From: Lytechinus pictus | Taxonomy: Eukaryota | Reading direction: 5' to 3' | Length of the DNA stretch: 64,000 nt | Assembly (NCBI RefSeq): GCF_037042905.1 | Contig: NC_087252.1 | Span: forward strand, 16,804,001-16,868,000 | Part shown: piece by piece, positions 36,481 through 49,715 of the stretch | How the letters are laid out: every line of letters starts with the position of its first letter | How positions within the stretch are numbered: position 1 is the stretch's first letter | Translations under genes and position numbers: made by a program | Notes under the pieces: model-generated | What the model was told of the DNA's origin: nothing | The model's input: only the letters and a program-made list of their open reading frames with translations | The model's database searches: none

Positions 36481-37566
36481 CAGTCTGTCCGCAAGCCCCT
36501 GTGTTAATGAGCAAATGAGCAAGAATTATCCAAGTCCTCTCGTGGCTGAATTCATGTCCCTGCAAAATCTCGTGAATTGTGAGACTTTCTTTCTCAAAGA
36601 ATTTAACCACTTTCTCCTTGAGTAATATTGATTATTTTTGTACCATGGGCAAGGGTAAATGTTGCTCTTTTATACTGGTTATTTCTTTTGAATGAAATAT
36701 TTTGATAAATAAGTGAATTTTTTACCTGAAAAGATGCATCAAACATAATTTTCTTCCTCTGTTTTCACTTGCCAATTGTGCAACATTTTGTGTTTTAGGC
36801 ACCAACATTATTTATATCATCAGAAAGCTCAAACTCTATACTTTCTTACAATGTCACTCTTGATATGTGGCATCTCTTAGATGGGTCAGCAGCCAGCTTT
36901 TTCCATCAAGATGCAAGACGAGATTTGTGAATTTTCTGAGTAACATAAAATCCAGAGTTCTGATTGGCTGAATACTGTTTTCAAAACAAACAGGCGCGGG
37001 TAATTTGAAGAGATTACCACATGGTGAGTGTGACCTTGCAGAGGCCCAGTGTGGGGAACATTGGAATTTGCGTGGGTGTGTGGTCTCTATGACCAATCAG
37101 AGCGCAGTATTCTTGTTTTTGAGCTGCAAAATGTACTTGGCCTATGAAAAGCTGGCTGCTGACCCATCTAAAATACATATTCTTATAAAAATTATATCAT
37201 ATTAAAGCTTAGATCTTTAGCTTTATCATGATTTAAAAATCATTTGTGCCCAAACAGAAATTAGGTGTGAAAACAACAACTTTTGTTGCATGAAAAAAAA
37301 ACATTTTGTTTCATGTTTTAGATCAAAAGTTTTTCCTTGATTACAACATTCTTTTAAAAATTCAAACACATGACCTGAAAGAATGATTCTTCTTCTTTAC
37401 AAAGATACCAAAAAACATGAAATTGGGTCAATATTTAGAGCAGCAATGGCCGAATAAAAAGAGGTGTTTTGGTTCGCACCAAGCTCATTAACTATGCAAA
37501 AACCCTCTAGTCATGAATATCACTTGGATAAAAGAAGCTACTTTTTCAGGGCTTGCGGACTGACTG
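36481..37566. mobile_element. Non-autonomous DNA transposon with 4-bp TSD
   Basis: TTAT|CAGTCTGTCCGCAAGCCC...GGGCTTGCGGACTGACTG|TTAT. Confidence 0.8.
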
Positions 37567-40070
37567 TTATCTTACGTTAATAACCTTTTCTTTCTCTTTT
37601 ATATTGCTCTTTCTCCTGTTCTCTCACTTTCCTCTTTTTCCCTTTTTTGTTTAGCGGCGCCTTCTGCATCATGAAAAATGGGGGGGGGGGGGGGCTTGCA
37701 CCCGAAACCTCCCATTTGGCTATGCATACATACATCATAAAATGTGTTAACTGGCCCTCATGCTAATAGTCTGGGTGATTGGTGAAAAAAATGTTCAAAA
37801 AATAGTAAAAGCATGAAAATTATATATAAGTTTTCATAAAACAATTGAACGCGATTAGTCATAATAATCACAAATGCTGAATATCTCTGATTCCAACTGA
37901 TCTAATTTTTTAAAATATTTATTTTGGGTTTAATTTCAGGAAAGAAATCAGGCAAAAAAATAAAACTTAAAAACGACACCTTCATAGGTAGAAATAATGA
38001 AAGTCGATAACACTAACACTGTCAAGTAGGATCTATAACTATAAACCTGTTATTTTAAAACAATTCAACAAACAAGAAGCTAAGAATTATGAAACAATTG
38101 GTGCACATTCCAGATTAAGATGTGACTTTATAACTTAATACAGTAAGCTAAAAACTTTATGCAAAGATAATACACACACGAACACCTTGTAATTTTACCA
38201 TTTAGGCACAAAAAAAATGGTAAAATTACAAGGTGTTTTTGTAAGTATTATTCTTGGGTGAAAGCACTTAAACATTAAGAAGGAAATTCAGTACCAAAAT
38301 TACTAGATTGTATTAACAATATGACATAATAAATAATACATATATTTTTTATACAAATTGACAGATTTTATACAGATTTTAAGGACGGTTTGTAAAAATT
38401 TATACAGAAGTAGGCCTATGCAAATCAAATAATGCGACCGAGCAGCGTGAGCTGAAAATATTGATATTCAGACCATAAATCGGACATTTCACAGAGCACT
38501 TGAAAAAATAAATTTGTAAATTTAAAAATAATGAGAGCTCGATATCCGAGATGAAATATGTTTTGTATATTGACTTCAAAACTTGATATTTTAAGCTCCA
38601 TATCAGCCTATATTAAGCAAGATATGACCGTCATCGAAAAGGCAATGCGAGCGGGGAGCGTGAGCGAAAACTATATATACATGTACTTTATTAAACACAC
38701 GAGATGAAAGTCGTAATTCTAAAATAAAAACTGGCAAAGACTGGCAACAAATTTATAATTCTGAATATGTGAATGAGGCTTACGATAATTTCATTGATAT
38801 TTTAAAGGATAAATTTGATATTTGTATACCATTAAGAGAACGAGTGAGTAAAAAAAAAAATACCCTAGATCTCCATGGGTAACTAAATCTATCTTAAGAA
38901 CGATAAACCGGAAAAATAATCTGTTTTATAAATACAAAACTAAATCCAAATAATAAGACTCGTGAAAAATACACTCGATATAAAAATATTTTGATCAATT
39001 TACTACGACAAGCGAACAAACATTATTATGCTATGCAATTTGAGCTTAATGAAAATAACATGAGAAACACATGGAAAATAATTAACAGAACATTAACAGA
39101 ACGCAAAAAAATATCAAAATCAAATCAGAGACTAACGATCTTATTGAAGAACCTTAAGCAATAGCTGAGACTTGTAACTCTTACTTCTCTCAAATTGGAG
39201 AAATACTTGCAGAAAATATTCCGACAACTGGCAGTAAATTTGATAATTATCTGGGGAATAATAACCCATCTTCTTTGTTTTTTGTCCCTACTGACCGTGA
39301 GGAAATTATCGGTATAGTGAATAGGTTAGAAGGAAAGAAAAGTTCAGGACACGACGAGATTGATAACTGTCTCCTAAAATCCATAATCTTAACAATAGCG
39401 ACTCCGCTAGCCGACATTTTTAACCTATCACTCACTAGTGGCATTGTACCAAATAACATTAAAATTGCGAAAGTAATCCCAATATTTAAAAAAGGAGACA
39501 CATCTGAAGCAAAAAAATACAAACCAATATCACTGTTACCATCATTATCCAAAGTTTTGGAAAGGATCGTATTTATTAGAGTGACAGACTTTTTAAACAA
39601 ACACAATATTTTTTTGCGAATCACAGTTTTACTTTCGAGCAAATCACATTACAATTACTCAAGCGGTATTGAAATGCATTGATACATTATTGAAATGCAT
39701 CGATGCATTATCACATGCCGTTGATCAACATTTAGATACAATTGCAATATTCCTGGACTTTTCCAAGGCTTTTGATACAATTAACCATGATGTCCTATTA
39801 GTAAAATTGTCACACTATGGTGTTAGAGGGAAAGCCTTGGAATGGTTCAGGAATTATTTATCGAATAGAAAACAATTTGTACAAATAGATAATCATAGTT
39901 CTGCATTGCGACCAATAAATTGTGGAGTTCCACAGGGTAGTATACTGGGTCCCTTGTTATTTATTATATACATAAATGACTTTTATAAATGACTTTTATA
40001 AATCTTTCATTTTATTTGCAGACGATTCGACCTTATTTTATTATCATGCGAACCAAAATACACTATTATC

Positions 40071-42314
40071 CGCATACATTCGTAATTCCGAAGCTTCGTT
40101 ATTCCGAAGGTTCGGATATTCCGAAGGTTCATTATTCCGAAGGATCGTTAATCCGAAAACGAAATGAGGTTCGTAATTCCGAAGGTTCGTTAGTCCGAAA
40201 ACAAAATGAGGTTCGTATTAATACCGAAGGTTCGTTAATCCGAAAACGAAATGAGGTTCGTTAATCCGAAGGTTATTTAGTCCGAAAACGAAATAAGGTT
40301 CGTTAATCCAAAGGTTCGTAAGTCTGAAAACGAAATAAAGTTCGTTAATCCGAAAATTAAATAAGGTTCGTATTTCCGAAAGTGAAATTGATTCATTTTG
40401 GTAAAAAGAACGGTGTTGTCCTTACAAGAAAACATGATATCATGCAATAATAAAATGACAAACGATGATACATGTGTGTTTTGTGGCCAAGCATGTATTG
40501 CATTAAGAATAGGCGCCCGGATCAAGCATACGCTTAATTTCAATTTTATCTGAGCAATTGCTGCCCAAGCAAATGGTTTAAAGATGCAGGGTAGCGTGCG
40601 AGTAACCTCCAGATAATAGGATTTATATTGGAGGGGATGTCATTTTTAATAAGAGCTTCTGCTGGTAATAAAAATAAAAATAATACTAATGATGATCATG
40701 ATAATCCCAAACGATGATCATAATAAAAATAGTGATAAAGAATATAAATGTTGATAAAATTTTATTGGTCGTTACGCCTAGTGTTAACAATGTCAATCCT
40801 TTTTTCATTACAAAAAATGTGGGGCGTTGTGGACCAGTGGATTAGTCTTCTGACTATGAAACAGAGGGTCATAGGTTCGAATCCCAGTCATGGCATAATT
40901 TCCCTTTACAAGAAATTTATCCACACTGCTGCACTCAACCCGGGTGAGGTGAATGGGTACCCGGTAGGAAGAAATTAATTAAATGCCTTCCTTTGGGCGC
41001 CTAGGCAGCCCAGCTAAAGCCGGGGTAATAGCAAGGTCCGCTGGGAGAATAGTTTTCAGAACTGAAGTGGCTTCCCTTGGTAGATAATACCAATATTATT
41101 ATTATCATTATTATTATTATCATTATTATTATGTCTTATTAGGCCTACATGAAATTTCCAAAGTTTGAGCTCGTGATTCGCTCGCAATATCTCACAAGGA
41201 TGCCCTTTGAACAGTAATTAGGTCCATAATTGACCAAAAAGCGATTTTTACAACTTCACATTTGATTTTTTTTTCCAAACCGCTTGCTCGCGAAAAAAAA
41301 ACCCTGAATATATATCTTATCAATCAAAAACTTAATTACGACAAAACATACAACTTTACACAGATGATAATCTCATGGTGAAACTATCCATTTGCACCAA
41401 AATGCCCGTTTTGGCATATAAGTGCACCTTTTTTGGCTTTGCCCCCCCCCCCCCAAAGGAAAATACGTTTCGCCGTCCCTGGTTGAAACATGTATCGTCT
41501 TCATGGCTAACTGCAAAAATCCCTTAACATGTCCCTTTTAGATCAGGTCAGAGCTTATATTTAAAAAATTAAATTGGCGAAAGTTGGATCCGCCGAGGGG
41601 AGGGGGCACTATGCTATTTGCTATTTTTTCAAAATAAATAGGCCTACTCTTTTTAAAGTATACATTTTAGATTAATTTTCAGGCTGGAATATTACCATTT
41701 TTTTTGGGCTCGCGCTTCGCACTCGCATTATTCGATTGGTAAAATAATTAAGTATCCTAAAGAGGTCACTAAATGCAGTCCTTAACAGGTTCCTTTTTTG
41801 GTCTGTATATTTGAGCTCGCGCTTTGCGCTCGTGTTAACTCTTTAGTTAATTCATGGACCTAAATGGTTTAATGATAGCAGAAAGTTTGAGCTTGTTATT
41901 CACGCTCGCAACATCTCGCAATAATGACATTTAACAGTAATTGACCCTCAAAACGAAAATTCATTCTGCCCTTGCCTTCCCATCCTCATAACAATTGAAC
42001 AGCAACGATGTTTCTTCCCCCCCCCCCCCCCCCCCCACCACCACACTTGCCCTTCCTCTGCTTTTCCCGGATTTCATTTTTCGGATGAACGAACCTCTGG
42101 AATAAAGAACCTTATTTCGTTTTCGGATTAACGAACCTTCGGAATAACGAATCTTATTTCGTTTACGGATTAACGAACCTTATTTCGTTTTCGGAATAAC
42201 GCCACAAATGATTTGATTAACGAACCCTTTTTCGTTTTCGGATAAAAGAACATCGAGGTATAGGCAATTTACGTGTTTCGAAATTACGAACCTTCGGAAG
42301 TACGAAGTGTAACC
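40071..42314. mobile_element. CCGAAGGTTCG foldback element inserted in the LINE RT
   Basis: Perfect 8-bp TSD CTATTATC; repeat-built inverted arms at about 40071-40385 and 42070-42314; LINE coding sequence resumes after removal. Confidence 0.9.
40821..41131 (+). mobile_element. tRNA-derived SINE
   Basis: A-box-like TGGACCAGTGG, B box GGTTCGAATCC, central CTCAACCCGGGTGAGGTGAATGGGTACC, (ATT)n tail. Confidence 0.85.
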
Positions 42315-43687
42315 CTATTATCTATTATAAATCGTGAACTGAGACATGTTGTTGAATGGGTTAAAGTTAACAAATTATCCCTTAACATCCTGAAGACAAA
42401 TTTTATGTTATTTAGTAATACTTTGCAAAATCTACCTGGAGACATCCTTTTGGACGACACTCCTCTAAATAGGGTATCTTCAACCAAATTCTTAGGTCTA
42501 ATGATTGACGATAAATTGAAATGGAACATTCATATTCAAAATATATCCAAAACTATATCCAGGAATATTGGTGTAATTGATAAAATAAGACACATTTTTC
42601 CAAAATCAACACTTTTTACATTATATTCCTCGCTAATACTTCCGTATCTGAATTATGGAATAATGACATGGGGTAACGCCAACAAATATCTTACAAACAA
42701 AATTTTCATCTTACAAAAGAACATTATAAGAATTATACACAATGCTCCTCCTCGTTCTAATACTAACAATTTATTTAACAAGTCGAATATTTTAAAACTT
42801 CCAGATATATTTCTTTTTCAAACAGGGTAATTCATGAACAAATTGAATTCAAATTAACTGCCAAACATATTAATCAAAATGTTTACGCAATTCACAATTA
42901 CCCAACAAGACAATCCCTCCGTTTTCACCTTCCCCGTACCCGCACTCAACTCGCACAAAAAACAATGTCCTTTTACGGTCCTAAATACTGGAATACACTC
43001 AGTCACGACATCATTAACTCCGTTAGTCTGAACTGTTTTAAAATCAAGCTAAAAAAACACATTCTCGAATCTTAGGTCCAAATTGAGCGCTCAGGACCCA
43101 ACCTCTCTCTTTCTTTCTCCCTTCTTTCCTCTTTGTCCTTCCCTTTCATCTGCCATCACCCTAATTTTTTTTTCTTATTTCTCTTTCATCCACACAGGTG
43201 CACCGGTCTTTCTTCTCGGTTACATTTCTTTTCACTTCCATCCATCATTTCCGTACTCCATCCATCACAATAGCATTTAAGGATTTTTTTTCTCGTTCTT
43301 GCATTTATACTTATACCTACAAACCTGTCTTTTTACTTATTCTTTGAGGAATCCACACTCAACAAGCCCTGCTTTTTAGTGGATCGCTCCATTTCCTCAA
43401 CTTTTATTTAAATAGTAAAGATTAATAAAATAAACTATATGCAAAATGCACTATCATGAATAGTCTACAGTTACTATTATGATTATCTAGTTCATTGTAA
43501 ATATCATTATTATTTTGGTTATATTGTTAAGTGTCTATTGTAAATATTTATTTATCTATGTCATATTGTCATACTGTATATACTTGTATATTCATTTATA
43601 TCTTTGTAATGATTTCTTTTACGGTTATATTGATTTGATTTGAAATGAAAATAAACCAAACTGAACTGAACTGAAACTTAGATTCAC

Positions 43688-43788
43688 CTGCACCACAATC
43701 TGAACATAGTGATTAAGCTAGCGACGAAACTCAAAAACAACAGAAGAAAAAGAGGCAGGCAAAACAATCAAGGTACTTTGTAGATCAC
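43688..43788 (-). other. Candidate non-coding 5'UTR exon of the glycine-zipper gene
   Basis: Minus strand TTTCAATTTTCTGTAG|...GTGCAG|GTGAAT in apparently non-repeat sequence; prediction only. Confidence 0.3.
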
Positions 43789-46423
43789 CTACAGAAAATT
43801 GAAATCGGATATACTTAGTGGGCTTTTTCTCATTTCTCATTCAATTTTTTTTTAATTTTATATCAAATACAAAATCAGAACACGGTTTCAGCTCTGTGGT
43901 TCTTTTTACGGACAACCTCACCGCAAACATCAAAATTGACGTCGGCTCTCTGATTTCTGATTTGCTTTTCGTTCATCAATATCAAAGAGCGCCATCTACG
44001 TCAACAAAATATTTGAAGCGCCATATTTCATAATTATCTTGATAGAATTCAAAGTAAACCACCGTTCTAGCATATATACTGGCAAGCACATTGGTGTCGA
44101 TCTGTATTCATGGTTGGGGGCTGCTTTGTTCTCTGGTGAGGGATTTCTTTTATAGCTTTTATTTCATTACTCTTTTAGTTTGGGCGAAGGTCAGTGGCGT
44201 AATAAGACATAAGTTTTCGGGGCATGACACGACATAAGGGCAAAATAATTTCAAATTTAGTGAGTGATCGAAGGAAGCGAGCGATCCAAAAATAACTTTT
44301 TAATACATAAATCAATTTGTTATGACGATTTCTGTCATGATGTTTGAAACATAATTATATCATATCATAATCAGTTTAACCATTTATCTATTTAAAAGGC
44401 TATTTTTGGCTCGGTTGCTTCCCTCGCTCACAGCATTTTGAAATCAATTTAACCCTTTATGTCACGTCTTACCCCGGAAGCTTTAAAATGGAATTAACTG
44501 ACAACTCATTATATTTTTGTCCTACTTCACAGCAGTACAGTGTTCCGGAATGCTACAAAGAGTTTTTTTTTTCTATGTATTTTTTAAAAGTCAATGCATA
44601 ACATACAATACACAATATAATAGACAAATCTCCAATGTTTAGAAATAAAACAGATCAAAGAAAATTGAAATATATACACGTAATTGAAATTATTTGACAA
44701 AAGGGGGAAAATTATAACAATAATAAAAAGGCAGAGTAAACGACATAAAATAGACAACAGTATATTTAAAATGAATAAACCAATGAAGCAAGAACCTCGG
44801 TAATTGATTACTTCAAAATCTTAAAAGCTTGTTGGGCTCCTGGGGACATAGTGTGGTACGGTATGTCACTGACACAGCTCCCGTAAGACTTTTTTGCCAA
44901 AATTGATTTTTTTGCTGTTTTGGCTTCAATATGGTCCCTTTAGACCAAAAATGATGGGGTTCAAATTTTCAGACCCCTCCTCCCCTTCGTAGGGGGTCCT
45001 TTTTGGCGCTATATTGGCCTGTACAAAGCCCAATAAGATAATCAATTGTTTTCAACTCACTTTTCTTCGCCAATTTTATTCTAAATTTGTCAGAGGTGTG
45101 ATAAGAATGAATATTTGATGATGTTGTGATGTCAATGTTTGTTCACTTTTACCATATGGGGGCGGAATATACGGAAAATACCCCCAAAATCGTAAAATAT
45201 TACCACCAAAATTTTATTTCCCCCTTTGTGCACTAGAATTAGGCCCAAACGATTGCAAAATGAAATGAATGTCTTGTTATACAATCCAATAACATAGGAA
45301 TATATCACATGTAATTTATATCAATTTTTGGTCAATTGATGTAAAAATTAATCCCATTTCAGGATTTTATGCAAAGAAAACCTTACTCCAACACTACATG
45401 GCGCAATAAATTATGATAAGCACTTCCCTTAAAATTCTAGGCCCTGTAATTTTGTTAATAAACTTGAAAGCTGACACATTTCAAGAATAGTTATTTCCAA
45501 TGCTATTTCATAGTATGGGCATTTCATTTGTTTTTATTCTACTCCCCCCGGGAGGGGGGGGGGGAGAATCAAAACAGAATCAAGGAGGGGCGCCCAAATT
45601 GGCTGCATTAGGCTAAAAATCCAAGTTTCATTTTTTTCTTACTTAAGTGGCCTTAATTTGGTTTCTATTCAAAGGTTTTTAAGTGTGAAAAAGTATATCG
45701 GGAAAAGTTACATGGACAGCAAGTGATCTCGTGAGTCCAGAAATCCAAGATTGTTTTGCAATTTTTCCAAGTAAGGGTATTTTTGGTCGTACATTGAATG
45801 GTCTATAGGCCCTCCCTTAGAAATTAAGGCACAATGTAGGTTTGTAAATACGGAAGTTCTCTAAATGTTGTGAAGATCAATGAATAAAACATTACATATA
45901 ATTTCAATACTGATTATGTGCATGTGTGTGCGTGCGTGTGTGGGGGGGGGAGCCATAAAAAATATAGTCTATGTGTTTCTGTTTGTCTGTCAGTAATTGG
46001 AAATTAGCCGAGAAGTATATAATTGACAATTCGAATAGAAGTCCTTTAATCGTAGATTGTACTCTAGAACGAGTGGCCGAATGGTGAAAGTTGTATGCCA
46101 GTCAGTTGGGGGGGGGGGGGGGGGGTGGGGGGGGGGGGTAGGGTAGGGGGTAGGGGTTATGGTTGGTAGGATGTTCATCTAACTGGAAGTCTTCAGATAT
46201 AAGCATTCTAGCTGTCTAGGGATGATAAAGTACCATAAAACAATTCAATTCTTTAACCAGGCGCAAAATTGCTAATACACCTCATTTTAGGGGGTCCAGG
46301 CGACCCCCCCCCCTCAGGCAGCGGGTGAGGGTCGGAAAATTTGAATCCTTTCACTTCCTGTTAGATTGGCCCAAAGTGAATCCGAAATGAAGACAAAAAT
46401 AATTTTGCCACAAAAGTATACTA

Positions 46424-46764
46424 ATCGCTAGAGGGTATTCATTTGTCTCGCAATCTACTATGGTCAACAGGGAAATTCGTAATCACTCTCGCAAAAAGTG
46501 TTTACAAGCTTACAAGTTCACGAGCTTTCGAGTGCCGATGCAGCTCTATATCAAGTGACGAAAATTATCTGATAACGATAATTTTCGTCACTTGATAAAG
46601 AGTTGCAGCGGCACTCGAAAGCTCGTGAACTTGTAAGCTAGTAAACACTTTTTGCGAGAGTGATTACGAATTTCCCTGTTGACCATAGTAGATTGCGAAA
46701 CAAATGAATACCCTCTAGCGATTATTTCAGTCCGCAATAATGAACCTATTTAGTATTTAATATT
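46424..46764. mobile_element. Inverted-duplicated Penelope-like retroelement terminal fragment
   Basis: 12-bp direct repeat AAAAGTATACTA (46412-46423, 46765-46776); 148-bp inverted arms; hammerhead motif. Confidence 0.7.
46588..46628 (+). ncRNA. Minimal type I hammerhead ribozyme (U3-A8 core variant)
   Basis: TCAC TTGATAA A GAGTTGC AGCG GCACTC GAAA GC TC GTGA: stem I TCAC/GTGA, stem II GAGT(T)GC/GCACTC, palindromic AGCT stem III; mutated mirror copy at 46518-46558 (minus). Confidence 0.7.
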
Positions 46765-49350
46765 AAAAGTATACTACATGAGTTGTGTCATGACATACCA
46801 TACCACACTAATATAATCGTGATAAGTTATGGCGCCATCTAGTGTTGTAGTAAGGTTTTCACTGCATAAAATCATGAAATGCGGTTGATTTTTACATCAA
46901 TTGACCCAGAATAATCATATTAATTACATGTGATGTATTTCTCTGTTATTGGACTGTATAACAAGACATATGCATTTCATTTTGTAATCTTTTTATCCTA
47001 ATTCTAGTGCCAAAAAGGGGGAAAATTAGATTTTTGGAGGTAATATTTTACGATGTTGGGGCTTTTTTTTCGCAAAATCCGACCCCATATGGTAAAAGTG
47101 AAAAAAGCATTGACATCACAACATCATGAAATATTCATTCTTGTACATCTCAGACAACTTAGAAATAAAATTGGCGAAGAAAAGTGAGAAATCAGGTTGA
47201 AAACAATGGATTATCCTATTGGGTTTCGTACAGGCCAATATGGCGCCAAAAGGATCCCCCGCGAAGGGAAGGAGGGGTCTGAAAATTTTAACCCCATCAT
47301 TTTGGGTCTAAAGGGACCCTATTGAAGACAAAGCAACAACAACAAAAAAATCAATTTTGGCAAAAAAATCCTACGGGATTACACACCATACCGCACTAGA
47401 CAGGAGAAAAAGCAAAGAGCAGCAAATAGTTGCTTGAGAAGTTTACAAAGCAGGGAATGATATAGGCCTACTGTATTTTGTTTCCGCAAAGATTCCATAC
47501 GCAATCGTATGCAACGCTACGTTGACAAGTTACATGTACGCAACTCTACTCGATACTATGCTCTCCTACCCAGGGACTACGCCGATGAGTACGCAGCGAA
47601 TTTTCGCGTACTCCCTACGCAACTCTACGTAACTCTACGCAACCTTCGGTGTGAAAGCCCCTTTACTTATACCTACAGTCACCTACATGTACATATGTGA
47701 CCTTTGAAATCGGCATATTATGGAGGCCAATATAATAGGGCATTTATGGTTTAATACAAACACATACAGGGTTCGAAAGTTATTTACCCAAATCCGTTCA
47801 CATTTGACCTCATTTGATATTTGATCTATTTATGTGAACTTTGACCTCACCATATCATGGAGATCAATATACAGCATGTGTTCTCAAACTACGGCCTGCG
47901 GGCCGGATCCAGATTTTCATAGAAGTTAGATCATGAAGTGAGTTTTCTACTCATGAACATTAATTTGAGAATACTACCATATTTTAGAATTAATTTAGCC
48001 CCATGTCAGAGGGACATCTTTTGGGACGCGCTGTATAAGAAATATCACAAAGACAGTAAATGAACTGCAAGCTGGCAACATAATTTCAGACCAAAATATT
48101 GCGTACGTAAAATTAGATACATGTAGCCGCTTGGTAGGCATACGGGATGAATTCGTGCACAAGTTTTGAGTTCGAAATCGAATCACAATGTAATTGCGCA
48201 CAAGTTTTGAGTTCGAAATCGAATCACAGTATAATCGTGCACAAGTTTCGAGTTATAAATCAGCATGAATTTCTGCATTATTTATGCACTGGAAAACACA
48301 ACTTTTGAGCTGGAAATAAATTCAAAATGTGTGCAATACTTTGTGCTTGATATCCAAACAAATAGTGCAATAGTCTTGCGTTCAAAATCAAGAGATATCA
48401 AGAATTCTATTTTTGTTTTCAAAAAATTAATTTTTTATATCAAGAATTCATTTCTCGATATCAAGAAATCAAATTCTTGATATCAAAAATTTGTTTTGTG
48501 TAGTTAAGCAATGGTAATTATTGATATCAAGAAATAGGCCTAAATGTTAAAACGTTTTGCCATACGCGCACGCTTGATTCGACATAAAACCTTGAAGTCC
48601 AGCCACACCCAGGTGCCCCCCCCCCCTGCTATCGAGTAGTATGGTGATCACGTATCGCGCGCGACCATGGTCGTCTGAAGATCGGATCATGGACTTACTT
48701 GAGAGCGGAGCTTGATGTTATTGGAATATGTGAAAGACAGTAGTAAATGAATAGTGATTATGGGATGTGATAATTATGTACATTATAACATATTTAAAAA
48801 AATGCAGGGGGAACCTGATTTCGTGGGGGTGCTGCCTATGGAAAATAATACACGCAGCACCCCCTGGAAAATTTCTGGGGGTGTTGAAGCATCCCCAGCA
48901 CCCCCGCTTCCCAGGTCCATGCATTATAATCGCGAACAGGTTATATACCTAGGACATACAGGTATTTCATTAAACAAATAATGTGAGCTTGAAACTCGAG
49001 CTGCAATTTGAAAACGTTTTAATATAGGCATGGATACGATGCGTATCTTATTAAGAAATAATATACGTAGTGCGAAACGTAAGCCCCAATTTTGATTGAT
49101 ATTCATGACATGAAAGGGATCAGTTTAAGCACTTTTTAAGGGATATAATTACTTACGAAATACCAAATGCCGTACTGATAAGTAAACAATCTAAGGAGTA
49201 TTTTGCAGAAATTAATGAAAATTTAATATTTTAAATTTCATATCTTATACGAACAAAATCATTACCCTATTACACACACACCTTCATACCCTCACCAACA
49301 AACACACACACACACACCCATATATGTATATATAAACCCCTCAAATATAG

Positions 49351-49715
49351 TTTGGAAATCTGAGTTTGGCCATTAATTTCTCTCAACTCCCTATTTAACA
49401 CAATGCATATTTGACATTATTCAGAAGATCATTTAGATCTCTTTAAAATGATACCATGCTTGTTATAATCATGCCATCACGAAAAGAGAAGAATTCAAAA
49501 GTGTTGGATGAGGTCTGAATTGAAAAGCTGCAAAACGAGCAAAAAAAATTGGAAATCTGAGTTTGGTCATTGATTTCTGTCAACTCCCAATTTTACGCAA
49601 TGCATATTTGGCATCATTCAAAAGATAATTTAATTCACTTTAAAATGATACCATGCTTATTGTAATCATGCCATCAAGAAAAGAGCAGGAATTGAAAAGC
49701 TGCAAAACGAGCAGA
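49351..49715. repeat. About 198-bp tandem duplication
   Basis: TTGGAAATCTGAGTTTGG...GAAAAGCTGCAAAACGAGCA occurs twice (from about 49352 and 49549). Confidence 0.8.

Larger units (their letters stand above)
38715..43675 (+). mobile_element. Decayed CR1/L2-group LINE ORF2 (reverse transcriptase) plus 3'UTR
   Basis: KIAKVIPIFKKGD, FLDFSKAFDTINH, CGVPQGSILGPLLFIIYIND, FADD, KFLGLMIDDKLKW; frameshifts; AATAAA and (ACTGA)n tail; interrupted at 40071-42314; left boundary approximate. Confidence 0.9.
44849..47398. mobile_element. Academ-like (TAG-ended) element with about 520-bp inverted arms
   Basis: GACA|TAGTGTGGTACGGT...CCATACCGCACTA|GACA; about 44849-45370 mirrored at 46860-47398; an extra internal TIR ends at 46810. 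Confidence 0.8.

Noticed and set aside
39275..42830. Host gene or active reverse transcriptase
   Set aside because: Frameshifted LINE ORF2 with a local duplication just before the FADD motif and a 2.2-kb insertion.
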